From Eledone cirrhosa (lineage: Eukaryota): a stretch of DNA of 64,000 nt. The notes under the pieces were generated by a model, which saw only the letters and a list, made by a program, of their open reading frames with translations, had not been told where the DNA came from and ran no database searches. Numbering within the stretch: the first letter of the stretch is position 1; the number at the start of each line of letters is the position of its first letter. Of this stretch, positions 62,872 to 64,000 are shown piece by piece. The stretch is from positions 322,772,001 to 322,836,000 of the forward strand of contig OZ024743.1 of NCBI GenBank assembly GCA_964016885.1, written 5' to 3'. A program made the translations under genes and the position numbers.

Positions 62872-64000
62872 TCATCATCATCATCATCTTCATTTTAAGT
62901 CCGCTTTTCCCTGCTTGCAAGGGTGGGATGGGTCCTGTTCAGCACAGCATCTCTCCACTTGTCATGGTCCTTCGTCATCTCCACCGTGAGCTTCAGCGAT
63001 CTGAAGTCTGCTCTCACCACCTCCCCCCATGTTTTTCGTGGTCTACTTCTACCACGTCTTCCTTCAACTGGCATTTCCTGGCACTTCTTCACCCGTCGGT
63101 CATCCTCCATGCGCATCACATGTCCATACCACCTCAGTCTCCTCTCCCGCGCACTACATTCTATCTCTCTCAGACACAGTTTCTCTCTCAACACATTCAT
63201 GCTGGGTTGTTCACGCACATTGACATTGCACATCCAACGGAGCATGCTTGCCTCATTTTTCTCCAGCCGTTGCATATCCACTGCAGTTTCTGCCCATGTC
63301 TCACTACTATGCAGCATCACGCTCCTCACACAGGCAACATATATCCAGCCTTTCATACACAGGGAGAAACCCTTCTTCATCAGCAGAGGAAGCAGTTCCC
63401 TAAACTTCTTCCAACCCGTCCTTATTCTAGATACTATGGCCCCGGAACCCCCTCCTCCCATGCTAATCTGATCTCCTAGGTACCAGAAGCTATCCACCAC
63501 TTCTATAGCACCTGCCTGCATTTAAAAAATGTGTCTATCAATGCGACTTCTACTGTCTAATTTCCCTGTACATCTACTGCATACATATTTCTCCCTACCT
63601 GGTAGTTTGCCTGCTATCCCACTACATCTCTTGTGTACCCAAGATCTGCATTGTGTGCATTTTATAGAATTTATGCCAGTTCCTTTTCTGCATATCGAAC
63701 ATGGCCATTTCCCTGACAGAATCAGAGTTTTAGCCTCTTTTCTACTCATCAACACTTTTGTCTTAGCTAGGTTCACTCTCAGTCCTCTTGATTCCAACTG
63801 CTGTTTCCATAGCCAGAATTTATTCTCTAGCTCATCTACTGATTCTGCTATAAGAACCAGATCGTCAGCATAGAGAAGTTCCCATGGGCAGCCAGTCTTT
63901 AACTCATCTGTTATGGCTTGGAGGACTATAATGAACAAGAGCGGGCTGAGGACCGAACCTTGATGTACTCCTACTTGTATCTGGAATTCCTTACTAAACT
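62872..64000 (-). mobile_element. RTE family A copy (runs off the window)
   Basis: Highly similar to 18340-19443: YADD, intact PHD finger, RLRWYGHVMRM, HPTLASREKR; frameshift near 63521. Confidence 0.95.

Overview
AT-rich, repeat-dense animal genomic DNA. The SINE, RTE and microsatellite repertoire suggests an octopod cephalopod; this is inferred, not proven. One host gene is well supported: a 3-coding-exon FBXW2 orthologue (+; 25893-26379, 28467-29217, 30012-30192; 472 aa). Two weaker exon chains are candidates only (- strand 6.1-15.3 kb; + strand ~51.7-52.1 kb). The rest is mobile DNA. Non-LTR elements: two near-full-length RTE LINEs of different families plus a third partial copy, all carrying a PHD finger inside the RT region; R4/Dong-like, CRE-like, CR1-like, Expander-like and Bov-B-like remnants. 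Also present are two Helitrons, hAT and piggyBac MITEs, a solo LTR, several tRNA-derived SINE families, Penelope-like remnants with hammerhead-ribozyme cores, fold-back hairpins, several minisatellites and a 200-N gap. The most interesting signals are: (i) the RT-embedded PHD finger; (ii) a SINE built from pieces of two different LINEs that share a covarying 3' hairpin; (iii) a SINE family whose TSDs all begin with ATTAT, one junction of which seems to have seeded a 2.2-kb minisatellite; (iv) minimal hammerhead ribozymes; (v) CATA-microsatellite-associated retroelements. No prokaryotic features or CRISPR arrays were found.
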